Below, in pieces: positions 1 to 10,192 of a stretch of DNA of 64,000 nucleotides. Made by a program: the position numbers and the translations under genes. Under the pieces are notes generated by a model, which saw only the letters and a program-made list of their open reading frames with translations, ran no database searches and was not told the origin of the DNA. Position 1 is the first letter of the stretch, and every line of letters begins with the position of its first letter. The DNA is from Wolinella sp. (GTDB lineage Bacteria; Campylobacterota; Campylobacteria; Campylobacterales; Helicobacteraceae): NCBI GenBank assembly GCA_052173415.1, contig JBQMYQ010000004.1:4703-68702 (forward strand), in the 5' to 3' direction.

Positions 1-474
1 GTCATCATTCACGCAGGTAGCGTGATTGGGAGCGATGGCTTTGGTTATGCACATACCAAAACGGGCGAACATATCAAAATCTATCACAACGGCACCGTCG
101 TCCTCGAAGATGACGTGGAGCTCGGGGCGAATAACTGTATCGATCGGGCGGTTTTTGGGCAGACACGCATTAAGCGCGGAAGCAAGATTGATAACCTCGT
201 GCAAATCGCCCATAATTGCGTGCTAGGCGAGCATTCTATCATCGTCTCTCAGGTCGGATTAGCCGGCTCGACCACCACGGGGCGCAATGTGATTTTTGGC
301 GGGCAAAGTGCGACAAGCGGACATCTGCACGTGGGAGATTTCACGACGATTGCAGCGCGCGGAGGCGTAACAAAAAGCATTCAAGGGGGCAAAACTTACG
401 CAGGATTCCCGCTTATGGAGCATAAAGAGTGGCTAAGAATGCAAGGTGCGCTCAAGGGAATTTTGAAAAAATAG
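1..474 (+). CDS. lpxD: UDP-3-O-(3-hydroxyacyl)glucosamine N-acyltransferase, C-terminal part (5' end outside window)
   Basis: The frame is open from base 1. Hexapeptide-repeat beta-helix sequence ([33 protein letters not shown]) is typical of the LpxD C-terminus. Confidence 0.85.
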   Translation, partial: VIIHAGSVIGSDGFGYAHTKTGEHIKIYHNGTVVLEDDVELGANNCIDRAVFGQTRIKRGSKIDNLVQIAHNCVLGEHSIIVSQVGLAGSTTTGRNVIFGGQSATSGHLHVGDFTTIAARGGVTKSIQGGKTYAGFPLMEHKEWLRMQGALKGILKK

Positions 475-516
475 CAAGAATCGCGTGCAAGTAAGAACAG
501 GTAAGAACAAGAACAA

Positions 517-555
517 GTAAGAATCGGCGCGGGTTTAGGGGCGCAGGATTCTTAC
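517..555. terminator. Hairpin between convergent lpxD and transporter genes (GTAAGAATC / GATTCTTAC arms), preceded by tandem GTAAGAAC copies at 491-498 and 501-508
   Basis: 9-bp inverted repeat at 517-525 and 547-555, read directly. It lies between two convergent stop codons. Confidence 0.4.
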
Positions 556-614
556 CTGCACAAATTTGGAGCGCGCGAGCTTCAAAAATTAATAAAATGG
601 AGCGGCAGAGCCCC

Positions 615-1535
615 TTAGATTCCTCCGATAAAATGGTGTGCCAAATAGAGATACAGAGGCAAGAGTGCGGCAAAAAGTAGCGAGCTAACAAATACGGCGG
701 CGGCGACTTGCTCGGGTTTGCAATCATACAACGCGGCTAGGCTTACATTATTGACCGCCATGGGGACGCAAAGCTGGAGAAAAAGCACTGTTTTTGTAAG
801 AATCGAGAAAGGCAGAAGCGGAATAAGTAAGAGCGAAAGCAACGGCACAAATAGGAGCTTCCCGCCCACGCTCCATGAAAGTAGCGCGGGATTAATCTCT
901 TTGGCACGGATTGCGCACAAATATGTGCCAAGGAGGATTAGCTGGAGCACCAGCGCGGCGTATGCACCCATTTTGAGTGAATGATCAAACGCGCTAGGAA
1001 TCGCCACCCCACCCATGCTCCACAAAAGCGCGAAAATCGCCGCCCAGATAATGGGGAGCTTCACGATATTAAGGAGCGATTCCTTGAGGGAAAATTGCCC
1101 GCGTGAATAGAAATAGACCCCGATAATATAGACAAAAAAGGTATTTGCAATCGCAATGAGGCTCGCATGATAGAGTGCCTCTTCGCCATAGATCGCAAGC
1201 ACGATCGGGAGCCCGATATTGCCCGTGTTGCCGACGGTAGCATTCATGCTTAAAAGCGAGCGATCTCTTGGGTCACTAAAGCTCAGATAGCCAAAAAACA
1301 GCACGATTCCTAGAGCCAAAAACGTGAGTGCCAGATAAGAGAGCGGAAGTGTAAGCGAGGAGTAATCAAAGGGCTTGCGCGTGAGCCCCCAAATCGTCAA
1401 AAACGGCTGCAACAAATAGATAGATACGATGGTGAGCGTGCGCTCGTGCAGCTGTGCGCCAAAGATCTGCTTCGCGCCAAATCCAAGCAACACGAAAACA
1501 TAGATCGCCACAATCGCCATGAGGGCTTGTGCCAT
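615..1535 (-). CDS. AEC (auxin efflux carrier) family permease
   Basis: 306-aa polytopic membrane protein. N-terminus (IVAIYVFVLLGFGAKQ) and overall pattern resemble AEC/malonate-type transporters. Confidence 0.7.
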   Translation of the reverse strand: MAQALMAIVAIYVFVLLGFGAKQIFGAQLHERTLTIVSIYLLQPFLTIWGLTRKPFDYSSLTLPLSYLALTFLALGIVLFFGYLSFSDPRDRSLLSMNATVGNTGNIGLPIVLAIYGEEALYHASLIAIANTFFVYIIGVYFYSRGQFSLKESLLNIVKLPIIWAAIFALLWSMGGVAIPSAFDHSLKMGAYAALVLQLILLGTYLCAIRAKEINPALLSWSVGGKLLFVPLLSLLLIPLLPFSILTKTVLFLQLCVPMAVNNVSLAALYDCKPEQVAAAVFVSSLLFAALLPLYLYLAHHFIGGI

Positions 1536-1662
1536 GAGATTCCTAGAAGTTTTGTGTGGATTATAGCAACTATTTTAGGGGCGATACTAAAACGGGGCAT
1601 GTGTTATAATTTGCGCCACTTCTAAAGCTTAGAATTAAGGAAACATCATCAAAACAGAGTAT

Positions 1663-4272
1663 TTGTTCATCACGGCTAGCGCGATTCTTATCTTTTTGGG
1701 GATGGCGACTATTTTGGGAGATTTGGGGCTTGTAGGTCGCTATGGGACGAGCTTTGCAGAGTTTAATCTCCGATATTTCGGCGCGCTCTCCTACCTCTAC
1801 CCCTTCGCGCTCCTCTATCCGCTCTATCACCTCTATCATGAGCAGAGCCTCACGCTACGGCGAATCGAGCTTGTGCTCTCTTTTATGTTGCTTTTTTTCT
1901 GCCTATTGCTTATGCAGGCTCTAATCTTTAAAATCCCCTTTGATGGCATGATTGGACGGGCGATTATAAGGCTTCTCTACCCGCTTATCGGAATGTTTGG
2001 AATCTGGCTCATCATCGCCACAGGAATCTTCTTGGCAGGTTTGATGTTCTTTAATCAAAGTATTGAGGGAATCCTCGCGCATTTTAGGGGGCTCTATCTA
2101 AAAATGGCTCGATTCCTCGCCGCATTTTGGCAGACAAACGGGGAATCTAGCGAAGAATCGCCCAAAAGTCAGGACTTGCAAAAAGCACCCGAGCAAAAAC
2201 AAGATAAGAAACTAGGGGACGAAAAATTAGAGGAATCAGAGCCACTAAACGATGCTCCCCTAATTAACGAAGCCACAGAGGAATCTGCCCCTCTAGCACG
2301 AGAGCCACAAAAAGAGAGTATTACGCAAGATACCGCTATTGAGGCTTCCACGAGCCACTGCGTAGAGCTGCATTCCATGGAGATTCCCATGCAATTTGAA
2401 GAGGAAGATAATTACGCAAAACTTGTGCGCCTCATCAAAAAACCCAAAACCACAGAACTTACTCCAAGCACTAGCTTCCAAATCACTCAGGAATCCGCAC
2501 TAAAATCCCACACACATTCCCTGCCAAATAATGCACAAGAGCGCAAGAGCGAGCTTGTGAATAAAGAGGATTTAGCTTCAAGCGTTTCCCCCACATCTCC
2601 CGATTTTAAGGAAGCTACGCACGATACCCTTTCTGATTCCCTTTTAGAGAATACCTCGCACACTTTTACTCAGGGAATTCCCTCTAAAACGCACGATTCC
2701 CAGCCAAAAGCACCACTTTATACCACTTCTCGCACCGCCACGCTGAATGAAGCCAAAAATCCCGCCCAAAATGCGCAAAAAGCGAGCGATTCCCCCGTGA
2801 TCATCAAAGAGCTTGAGGAGAATATCGCACTTTTAAGCACACTTGATTTTGGGGAATCGAGCAAGCCAAAGGGTTTCAAGCTCCCGCATTTGGACTTTTT
2901 GCAAAAGCCAAGTGGGCAGCACGTCGAGATTGACGAAGATGAGATTGATCGTAAAATCCAAGATCTGCTCGGCAAGCTTAAGATGTTCAAAATCGAGGGC
3001 GATATCGCGCGCACCTACTCAGGTCCGATTGTGACGACGTTTGAATTCCGCCCCGCACCAAGCGTGAAGGTCTCGCGGATTCTTACGCTTGAAGATGATT
3101 TGGCGATGGCACTAAAAGCCAAAACCATACGCATTCAAGCCCCCGTGCCCGGCAAAGATGTCGTAGGAATCGAGATACCCAACAAGGACGTCGAGACTAT
3201 CTACCTGCGCGAGATTTTGGAGAGTGAGCTTTTTTTAAAATCAAGCTCGCCCCTCACGCTCGCGCTGGGTAAAGACATCGTGGGCAAGCCCTTCATCACG
3301 GATCTTAAAAAGCTCCCGCACCTCCTCATCGCCGGCACAACGGGTAGTGGCAAAAGTGTCGGAATCAACGCCATGATCCTCTCGCTTTTGTATAAAAATT
3401 CTCCCGATGATTTGAAGCTCATCATGATTGACCCCAAAATGCTTGAATTTTCCATTTACAACGACATTCCACACCTCCTAACGCCCGTGATTACGCAGCC
3501 CAAAAAAGCCATCACCGCGCTAGGAAATACCGTCGCGGAGATGGAGCGGCGTTATGAGGCGATGAGCAAAGCTAAGACGAAAAATATCGAAAACTATAAC
3601 GACAAAGCGCGCAAAGAGGGCTTCGCTCCCTTCCCCTACATCGTCGTGATTATCGATGAGCTGGCGGATTTGATGATGACGGGGGGCAAAGATGTGGAGT
3701 ATTCCATCGCGCGCCTAGCCCAGATGGCGCGAGCCAGCGGAATCCACCTCATCGTCGCGACCCAACGTCCGAGCGTGGATATTGTGACGGGATTAATAAA
3801 AGCGAATTTGCCCTCAAGAATCAGCTACAAAGTGGGGCAGAAAATCGACTCTAAGGTCATTTTGGACTCCTTTGGCGCAGAATCGCTCCTAGGTCGCGGC
3901 GATATGCTCTTCACGCCTCCGGGCGGGGGAGGAATCGTGCGCTTGCATGCGCCATGGAGTAGCGAAACAGAGATTGAAAAAATCGTCGAATACCTAAAGT
4001 CTCAGCGCGTCGCAGAGTATGATGAGAGCTTTTTGGGCGATGATGAGGAAGGGTTTGTAAAAGCGGGTAGCAGCAGCGAGGAGAGTGGCGATGAGCTCTA
4101 TGAAGAGGCGAAGCGAATTATTTTGAGTGACAAAAAGACCTCCATTAGCTATATTCAGAGGCGGCTTAGTATCGGCTATAACAAAGCGGCGAATATCATT
4201 GATGAGATGGAGAAGCGCGGATTCCTATCGCCACCAAACAGTAAAGGGAATCGAGATATCATCGGCACTTGA
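1663..4272 (+). CDS. ftsK: DNA translocase FtsK
   Basis: N-terminal TM helices, a long acidic/Ser-Thr-rich linker, and a C-terminal FtsK/SpoIIIE ATPase (Walker A GTTGSGKSV, DELADLMM) plus a gamma domain (SISYIQRRLSIGYNKAANIIDEME). TTG start. Confidence 0.9.
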   Translation: MFITASAILIFLGMATILGDLGLVGRYGTSFAEFNLRYFGALSYLYPFALLYPLYHLYHEQSLTLRRIELVLSFMLLFFCLLLMQALIFKIPFDGMIGRAIIRLLYPLIGMFGIWLIIATGIFLAGLMFFNQSIEGILAHFRGLYLKMARFLAAFWQTNGESSEESPKSQDLQKAPEQKQDKKLGDEKLEESEPLNDAPLINEATEESAPLAREPQKESITQDTAIEASTSHCVELHSMEIPMQFEEEDNYAKLVRLIKKPKTTELTPSTSFQITQESALKSHTHSLPNNAQERKSELVNKEDLASSVSPTSPDFKEATHDTLSDSLLENTSHTFTQGIPSKTHDSQPKAPLYTTSRTATLNEAKNPAQNAQKASDSPVIIKELEENIALLSTLDFGESSKPKGFKLPHLDFLQKPSGQHVEIDEDEIDRKIQDLLGKLKMFKIEGDIARTYSGPIVTTFEFRPAPSVKVSRILTLEDDLAMALKAKTIRIQAPVPGKDVVGIEIPNKDVETIYLREILESELFLKSSSPLTLALGKDIVGKPFITDLKKLPHLLIAGTTGSGKSVGINAMILSLLYKNSPDDLKLIMIDPKMLEFSIYNDIPHLLTPVITQPKKAITALGNTVAEMERRYEAMSKAKTKNIENYNDKARKEGFAPFPYIVVIIDELADLMMTGGKDVEYSIARLAQMARASGIHLIVATQRPSVDIVTGLIKANLPSRISYKVGQKIDSKVILDSFGAESLLGRGDMLFTPPGGGGIVRLHAPWSSETEIEKIVEYLKSQRVAEYDESFLGDDEEGFVKAGSSSEESGDELYEEAKRIILSDKKTSISYIQRRLSIGYNKAANIIDEMEKRGFLSPPNSKGNRDIIGT

Positions 4273-4348
4273 GGCACAAGCGTGTGTGGTTTTGTGGTAA
4301 AATCTCTTTCTTTTGCAAGAGGAATCCCGCAAAAACAAGGAGAAACGC

Positions 4349-4804
4349 ATGAAGAAGCAGGCAAGCTCGCTAAAATCCGCGAAGCGTTACCTCTTCTTTT
4401 GTGTCGGCGAGGAACGCTTTGGAATCGAGATTTTATGGGTGGTGGAGATGGTTCCCCTCTCCGATACGATTCCCCTGCCCAAAGCACCAAATTTCATCTT
4501 AGGTATGATGAATTTGCGTGGGAGGAATATCCCCATCGTGGATCTTAGCAAACGACTAGGAATCCCAAAAAGAGCTACAAATCCTTTTGAAGTAGTGATT
4601 CTTGTGCGATTTAATGAGATTGAGGTGGGATTCCTTGTTGATGAAGTCGATGAGGTTGGGAGTGAAAAAGACGAACTATTATCGGCGCAAAAGCTTGATT
4701 CCCTTGAGGAATCCTACGCAGAAAATATCATCAAAGAGCGACATCAGCAGGCAGTCGTCATTCTAAAGCCTGAAGTGTTGCTTAAAAATCTTATCTTGTC
4801 ATAA
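4349..4804 (+). CDS. cheW: Chemotaxis coupling protein CheW
   Basis: CheW-like domain (YLFFCVGEERFGIEI..VPLPKAPNFILGMMNLRGRNIPIVDL). ATG at 4349 follows AAGGAG, so it is preferred over the track start at 4313. Confidence 0.85.
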   Translation: MKKQASSLKSAKRYLFFCVGEERFGIEILWVVEMVPLSDTIPLPKAPNFILGMMNLRGRNIPIVDLSKRLGIPKRATNPFEVVILVRFNEIEVGFLVDEVDEVGSEKDELLSAQKLDSLEESYAENIIKERHQQAVVILKPEVLLKNLILS

Positions 4805-4822
4805 ATTAAAGGGGTGCATATC

Positions 4823-6814
4823 ATGAGAGAGATGACACTAGGGGTGAAAATCCGACTAGGCTTTGGTCTTATTCTAGTAATTGCAATTTTGCTCGGAGCG
4901 ATGGGAATCCACAACATGGAGAGTGCCGAAGATGTCGCAGATGAGCTTGCTAGCATTCAAGTCCCTAGGGCGAATCTTTCAGCAAAGATTCTTGCAGATA
5001 TTAACGCCCTGCGCTATCACATGCGGGCTTTTGTCTTGATTGATGATCCTGTAGAGCTTAAAAAAGCCAAAGAGCAATTTACCGCACTGCGTGCAACACT
5101 AGTGGAGATAAAGACCCTCGGGACACAGCAAAAAATTAACGACCTCATCGAGAAAGAGGCTCTAATCTCTGAGGCACTTAAGGAGCTAGTCGCCGCGACC
5201 CAGCGACTTGAGACGATCGCACAAAAGCGACAAGACGCAGATCGCGCAATCGGCGAGAGCGGAATCGTGCTTGCCGAAAATCTCGATGCTTACATCACTA
5301 CGCAGCTGCAAAATCTCCGCAATGAGACTAATAACAAATCCACAAAAACAACACACCTTCAATCAAGAGTGCAGAAAATCAGTAGCATATTCTCAATCCT
5401 AAATTATGTCTCTAATGCCCGAATTTTGGGTCAGCGCGCGCAGGTATTGCGCGACTCGGATATGCTAAACACTGCGATTACGCAATTTAGCTCGGTCTAT
5501 CCGCTCATTGATTCCATCAAACGAGCGACTACCAAGGGCGAGAACATGCGAAAGCTCGAAAAAGTCGAAGGGGCGGTGCATCAATACGAACGCATTATGG
5601 GGGATTTTATTACCTTTAATCGAGAGATTGCGACTGAACAAGCAGCATTAGTGAGTGCCTCTGCAGAAGTGATGAAACTCGCTGCAAGTATCGCAAATAC
5701 CGCTTTACAAAGCACAACTCATCTAAGCAATCACACGGCAGATTCCCTTGCGAATGCTTCTTTTACGATGCTCCTTGGGCTTATTGTCGCGCTTGTTATC
5801 GGGCTAGTTTCAAGCTTTTACATCATTCGCGGTATTACTCGTCCGCTCACAGAGGCAGTGTATACCATCACAGAGGCGAATGCACAAGTGCTCAGTGCCT
5901 CAAATCAGATCGCCGATTCCTCTACATTGCTCGCAGAAGGGTCAAATGAACAAGCCAGCTCAGTGCAGCAGATAAGCGCGACGATTGAGGAGAGCACCGT
6001 CATCAACAACCAAAATGCCGAAAATGGACGCGAAGCAGATACGCTTGCTAAAGCGGCTAATTATTCCGCTAAGCAGGGCAATGAAAAGGTGCAGCAGCTC
6101 ATGGACGCAATGGGCAGAATCACAGAAGCAAGTCAAAAGATTGCCAAAATTATTAAGACTATTGATGAGATTGCATTCCAGACCAACCTGCTCGCGCTCA
6201 ATGCCGCAGTCGAAGCGGCGCGGGCAGGCGAACATGGGCTGGGATTCGCCGTGGTCGCCGATGAGGTTAAGAATCTCGCTCAAAGAAGCGCGGAAGCAGC
6301 TAAAGAGACTGCAGCGATCATCGAAAATGCGATTGAGGAGATCAAAAATGGTAGCCAAATTGCCCGCGATACAAATGATAGCTTCACGGAAATTTTAGAA
6401 AATGTCCAAAAAACCTCCGAACTTATCGGCGAAATTTCAGTCTCCATTAGAGAGCAGGCTGAGGGCATGAACCAAGTCGCCTCGGCGATGGGACAAGTAG
6501 ATAGTGTAACGCAACAAAATGCCGCGAGCTCGGAGCAAGCAGCTGCTGCGGCTGAAGAGCTCAATGCTCAAGCCCTATCGATGATGCAGAGCACGCAAAA
6601 CATTGCACGACTTGTAGGGTTGGATGTTACCTCTCTTTTAGGCGAGGAGGGCACAACTTCACGCATGAGTGTAAAAGAGAAAGCATTGCGATACCTACCC
6701 AAGCAGATTTCCTATAAAAAGCGCGAGGATCGATACAGCCTTGCAGCAAAAGAACATCGCTCAAAAGAGGAAGAGATTTTCCCGCTCAATGCTAATGACT
6801 TAAAAGAGTTTTAG
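4823..6814 (+). CDS. Methyl-accepting chemotaxis protein (two TM helices, periplasmic helical-bundle sensor, HAMP, MA domain)
   Basis: Highly conserved MCP signalling hairpin ([43 protein letters not shown]). ATG at 4823 has a better RBS spacing than GTG at 4814. Confidence 0.9.
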   Translation: MREMTLGVKIRLGFGLILVIAILLGAMGIHNMESAEDVADELASIQVPRANLSAKILADINALRYHMRAFVLIDDPVELKKAKEQFTALRATLVEIKTLGTQQKINDLIEKEALISEALKELVAATQRLETIAQKRQDADRAIGESGIVLAENLDAYITTQLQNLRNETNNKSTKTTHLQSRVQKISSIFSILNYVSNARILGQRAQVLRDSDMLNTAITQFSSVYPLIDSIKRATTKGENMRKLEKVEGAVHQYERIMGDFITFNREIATEQAALVSASAEVMKLAASIANTALQSTTHLSNHTADSLANASFTMLLGLIVALVIGLVSSFYIIRGITRPLTEAVYTITEANAQVLSASNQIADSSTLLAEGSNEQASSVQQISATIEESTVINNQNAENGREADTLAKAANYSAKQGNEKVQQLMDAMGRITEASQKIAKIIKTIDEIAFQTNLLALNAAVEAARAGEHGLGFAVVADEVKNLAQRSAEAAKETAAIIENAIEEIKNGSQIARDTNDSFTEILENVQKTSELIGEISVSIREQAEGMNQVASAMGQVDSVTQQNAASSEQAAAAAEELNAQALSMMQSTQNIARLVGLDVTSLLGEEGTTSRMSVKEKALRYLPKQISYKKREDRYSLAAKEHRSKEEEIFPLNANDLKEF

Positions 6815-6858
6815 TCTGCTAAAATAGCCCATTTTAAGCCTAATTTTGGAGTAAATTT

Positions 6859-7776
6859 ATGAAAGAAGCACAATACATTTGGATGGATGGGAATCTAATT
6901 CCTTGGCAAGAGGCGAAGATCCACGTCCTATCGCACACGTTGCACTATGGGAATGGCGTATTTGAGGGAACTCGCGCCTACAAAACCGACAAAGGTTTGG
7001 CGATTTTCCGCCTGCAAGATCACACCAAACGCCTGTTAAATTCCGCGAAAATCGTCGCTATTGACTGCCCTTACACACAAGAGCAACTTGAGCGCGCACA
7101 AATTGAATTGCTCAAAAACAACACCTTTGGGGGCAACGTCTATCTGCGTCCGATTGTTTTCCTTGGCTATGGAGCTATGGGCGTGTATCACAAACAAGCC
7201 CCCGTCAATGTCGCGATTGCCGCATGGGAATGGGGTGCGTATCTTGGTGATGAGGGCTTGGAGCGGGGAATCCGCGTCAAAACCTCCTCTTTTGTGCGCA
7301 ACTCCGTGAAATCAAACTTCGGCAAAGCCAAAGCAAGCGCAAATTACCTCAACTCGCAAATGGCAAAATACGAGGCAGTGTCGTGCGGCTTTGAAGAGGC
7401 GTTGCTCCTTGATGACAACGGCTTCATCGCCGAAGGAAGCGGCGAGTGCTTCTTCATCGTGCGCGAGGGCAAGCTCATCACTCCTCCGCACGATAATTCG
7501 CTCGAATCCATCACGCAGGCTACCATCATCGAAATTGCTGGGAATCTCGGCTATGAAGTGATTGAGCGACGCATTACGCGCGATGAGGTCTATGCCGCTG
7601 ATGAGGCGTTTTTCACTGGCACCGCCGCGGAGGTTACGCCCATTCGCGAGCTTGATTTTCGCGTCATCGGAGAGGGTAAGCGAGGCAAAATCACGCACAA
7701 GCTTCAGGAAGCCTATTTTGATGTCGTCTACGGCAGGAATCCCGCCTTTAGTAAATACCTCACCTACGTAAAATAA
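6859..7776 (+). CDS. ilvE: Branched-chain amino acid aminotransferase
   Basis: Full-length class IV aminotransferase similarity (HVLSHTLHYGNGVFEGTRAY, YLRPIVFLG, TGTAAEVTPI). Confidence 0.9.
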   Translation: MKEAQYIWMDGNLIPWQEAKIHVLSHTLHYGNGVFEGTRAYKTDKGLAIFRLQDHTKRLLNSAKIVAIDCPYTQEQLERAQIELLKNNTFGGNVYLRPIVFLGYGAMGVYHKQAPVNVAIAAWEWGAYLGDEGLERGIRVKTSSFVRNSVKSNFGKAKASANYLNSQMAKYEAVSCGFEEALLLDDNGFIAEGSGECFFIVREGKLITPPHDNSLESITQATIIEIAGNLGYEVIERRITRDEVYAADEAFFTGTAAEVTPIRELDFRVIGEGKRGKITHKLQEAYFDVVYGRNPAFSKYLTYVK

Positions 7777-7785
7777 GGAGTAGCT

Positions 7786-8898
7786 ATGCCTATTGATTTA
7801 AATGAGCACCTAAGAAAGAAAAATGCCCAACAGCAAGGCGAGAGTGGCGATTCCCAGGAATCGACTAGGAATCAGCGCAGAAACACTAACGGAGGCGGGA
7901 ATCTCCCCCCTATGCAAACGCCGGAGTTTCTTAAAGGTAAAAAGGCGGGATTTTTCTACGCACTCATTGTTGCATTCGTGCTCATCGTGATTGCAAGACC
8001 CTTTATGATTATCAACTCGGGTGAAGTGGGGATCAAAGTTACGGCGGGTAAGTTTGATAATATCCCCCTCCAGCCGGGTTTGCACTTCTTTATCCCCGTG
8101 CTTCAGAAAATCATTGTCGTCGATACGAAGGTGCGGATTATCAACTTCTCCAGCACGGAAGATATGGGGATTCGCGGGCGCAATGAGGGAATCCTCTCTA
8201 ATGAGGCGATTTCCGTGCTTGATGCGCGCGGGCTCCCCGTCTCCATCGAGATTACCGTCCAGTATAAGCTAAACCCGCTTGGCGCACCTCAAACCATCGC
8301 GACATGGGGGCTCACGTGGGAGCAGAAGATCATCAACCCCGTCGTGCGTGATGTGGTGCGAAACGTCGTGGGGCGATTCCCCGCCGAGGAGCTGCCTACG
8401 CGCCGAAATGAGATTGCGGATATGATTGATTCCCTCATTCGCGAAAACGTCGATAAGCTCGATAATATGCCCGTGCAGCTTAGCTCCATTCAGCTGCGTG
8501 AAATCGTCCTACCACCAAAGATTAAAGAGCAGATCGAGCGCGTGCAGGTGGCGCGTCAAGAAGCAGAACGCGTGAGGTATGAGGTCGATCGGGCGCGTCA
8601 GGAGGCGGAAAAGCAGGTCGCGCTCGCTAAAGGTGAGGCTGATGCGAAACGCATTAACGCACAAGGGGTGGCTGATGCGACGATTATTGAGGCGCAGGCG
8701 CAATCTAAAGCGAATAAAGCCATTGCCGAGAGCCTGAATTCGCGTCTCTTGGAGCTTCGTCAAATCGAGGTGCAGGGTAAATTCAACGAGGCACTTAAAA
8801 GCAATCAAGACGCCAAAATATTCCTAACCCCCGGGGGCTCGACACCGAATTTGTGGCTTGACACCAAAGATCGCCAACGCTCCTCTGTAAAAGAGTAG
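7786..8898 (+). CDS. SPFH/Band 7 (prohibitin-like) membrane protein
   Basis: One TM helix, then an SPFH domain ([12 protein letters not shown]...), then a coiled-coil region rich in A/E/Q/R. Confidence 0.8.
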   Translation: MPIDLNEHLRKKNAQQQGESGDSQESTRNQRRNTNGGGNLPPMQTPEFLKGKKAGFFYALIVAFVLIVIARPFMIINSGEVGIKVTAGKFDNIPLQPGLHFFIPVLQKIIVVDTKVRIINFSSTEDMGIRGRNEGILSNEAISVLDARGLPVSIEITVQYKLNPLGAPQTIATWGLTWEQKIINPVVRDVVRNVVGRFPAEELPTRRNEIADMIDSLIRENVDKLDNMPVQLSSIQLREIVLPPKIKEQIERVQVARQEAERVRYEVDRARQEAEKQVALAKGEADAKRINAQGVADATIIEAQAQSKANKAIAESLNSRLLELRQIEVQGKFNEALKSNQDAKIFLTPGGSTPNLWLDTKDRQRSSVKE

Positions 8899-8902
8899 TG
8901 GC

Positions 8903-9594
8903 GTGAATAGCGCAATTAGCTGGGGAAAGCTCGGGGGACTGCTCCCCGCGGTGGTGCAGGATTCCCGCAGTGGCGAACTTTTGATGCTCGCATATATGAA
9001 TAAAGAGGCTCTAGAGCTCACTCAAAGCACGAGAATCGCCCACTATTTCTCGCGCTCAAAGCAGAGAATCTGGAAAAAGGGCGAGAGCAGCGGACATCTG
9101 CAACACGTAAAGGAGATTTTCATCGATTGCGATGGCGATACGATTTTGCTTAAGGTCGAGCAGGTTGGCGTCGCGTGCCACACAGGGAATCGGAGCTGCT
9201 TTTTTACCTCCGTGCCCTTTAGGGATAGCGCGAATTCTCCCGTGAGGGAATCTGCGCCTACAGTCGATACAAGCGTGCTTTATAATATCGCCGATTCGCT
9301 CTATGAGGAGCTTTTAGGGCGCAAGAGTGCCGATGTGAAGAGCTCCTACACCGCGCAGCTCTTTCATAAGGGCGAGAATACGATTGGGAAAAAGATTGTC
9401 GAGGAGGCGACGGAGCTTAGCTTCGCGCTTAAGGATAAAAGCGGGCATGAGATTATTATGAAGCCACCGACCCGCTCTATCGCGCGCTTGAGGAGCTTGC
9501 GTTTAGAGGAATCGCGCCGTATAGGGTGCGACAAGAGCTTCTTCGTCGCCGTGGCATGAGCGGTATTACAGAGAAGAGCGCACGCAAGGATTGA
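8903..9594 (+). pseudogene. hisI: Bifunctional phosphoribosyl-AMP cyclohydrolase / phosphoribosyl-ATP pyrophosphatase HisIE, with an apparent 1-nt deletion frameshift near 9452-9459
   Basis: The HisI domain is intact ([42 protein letters not shown]). The HisE domain loses similarity after ..KSGHEII. It resumes in the +1 frame as [36 protein letters not shown].. and ends at the TGA at 9592-9594. Confidence 0.7.
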
Positions 9595-9603
9595 GAGGGA
9601 ATC

Positions 9604-10140
9604 ATGGAGCACTTTAGCGAATATTTCAATCTCTTTACCCCCTATATTGAGCGACTCGAGCTGTTTCAAATCGCGATTCTTGGATTTATCCTGTTGCTTT
9701 TTGTGCTACTTTTTGTGCTAGGAATGCTGTTGCGAGATAAGGGGGGAATCGCAATGCTCCTGCCTATAGCCTGCTCTTTGCTTCTTTTGAGCTTTGCGCC
9801 CTTTTTGATTGAGCTTGCGATGACGCGAGTATTTTTCCCTATAAAACTTGAGCTTAAGACAAACCAAAGGCTTGCTTTTTCGGATTCTTACTTTGTCGAT
9901 GGGACGATTACTAACCTCAGCAAACGCCCTATCAAAAGCTGCATTCTGACCATCACGCTCGCTCGCGGGGAAAATAATCCGCTAAAAAAGCTTCAATCTC
10001 GCCTCAAACCCGCAATCGTGCGCAAAGAGCTCATCAATAAAAAGCTCGCCCTACATGAAAGTGTGCCCTTTCAATACATCATCGACAAGCCAGCCATAGA
10101 GGGAAATATCCACTCCCACATCAGTGCCGCGTGCTATTAG
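9604..10140 (+). CDS. Hypothetical membrane protein (two predicted TM helices plus a soluble C-terminal domain)
   Basis: Open frame with hydrophobic segments (IAILGFILLLFVLLFVLGMLL; MLLPIACSLLLLSFAPFLI). No function recognised. Confidence 0.5.
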   Translation: MEHFSEYFNLFTPYIERLELFQIAILGFILLLFVLLFVLGMLLRDKGGIAMLLPIACSLLLLSFAPFLIELAMTRVFFPIKLELKTNQRLAFSDSYFVDGTITNLSKRPIKSCILTITLARGENNPLKKLQSRLKPAIVRKELINKKLALHESVPFQYIIDKPAIEGNIHSHISAACY

Positions 10141-10192
10141 GCGCGTTGGTCTGATTCCTGCGTAACGCCAAGACAGGGAATCGCCCGAGTAT

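Noticed and set aside
6740-6814. The MCP C-terminal tail ends ..NANDLKEF, which might be a CheR/CheB-tethering pentapeptide.
   Set aside because: It lacks the conserved Trp of the NWETF-type motif. Only the terminal acidic-Phe resembles the motif, which is too weak to call.
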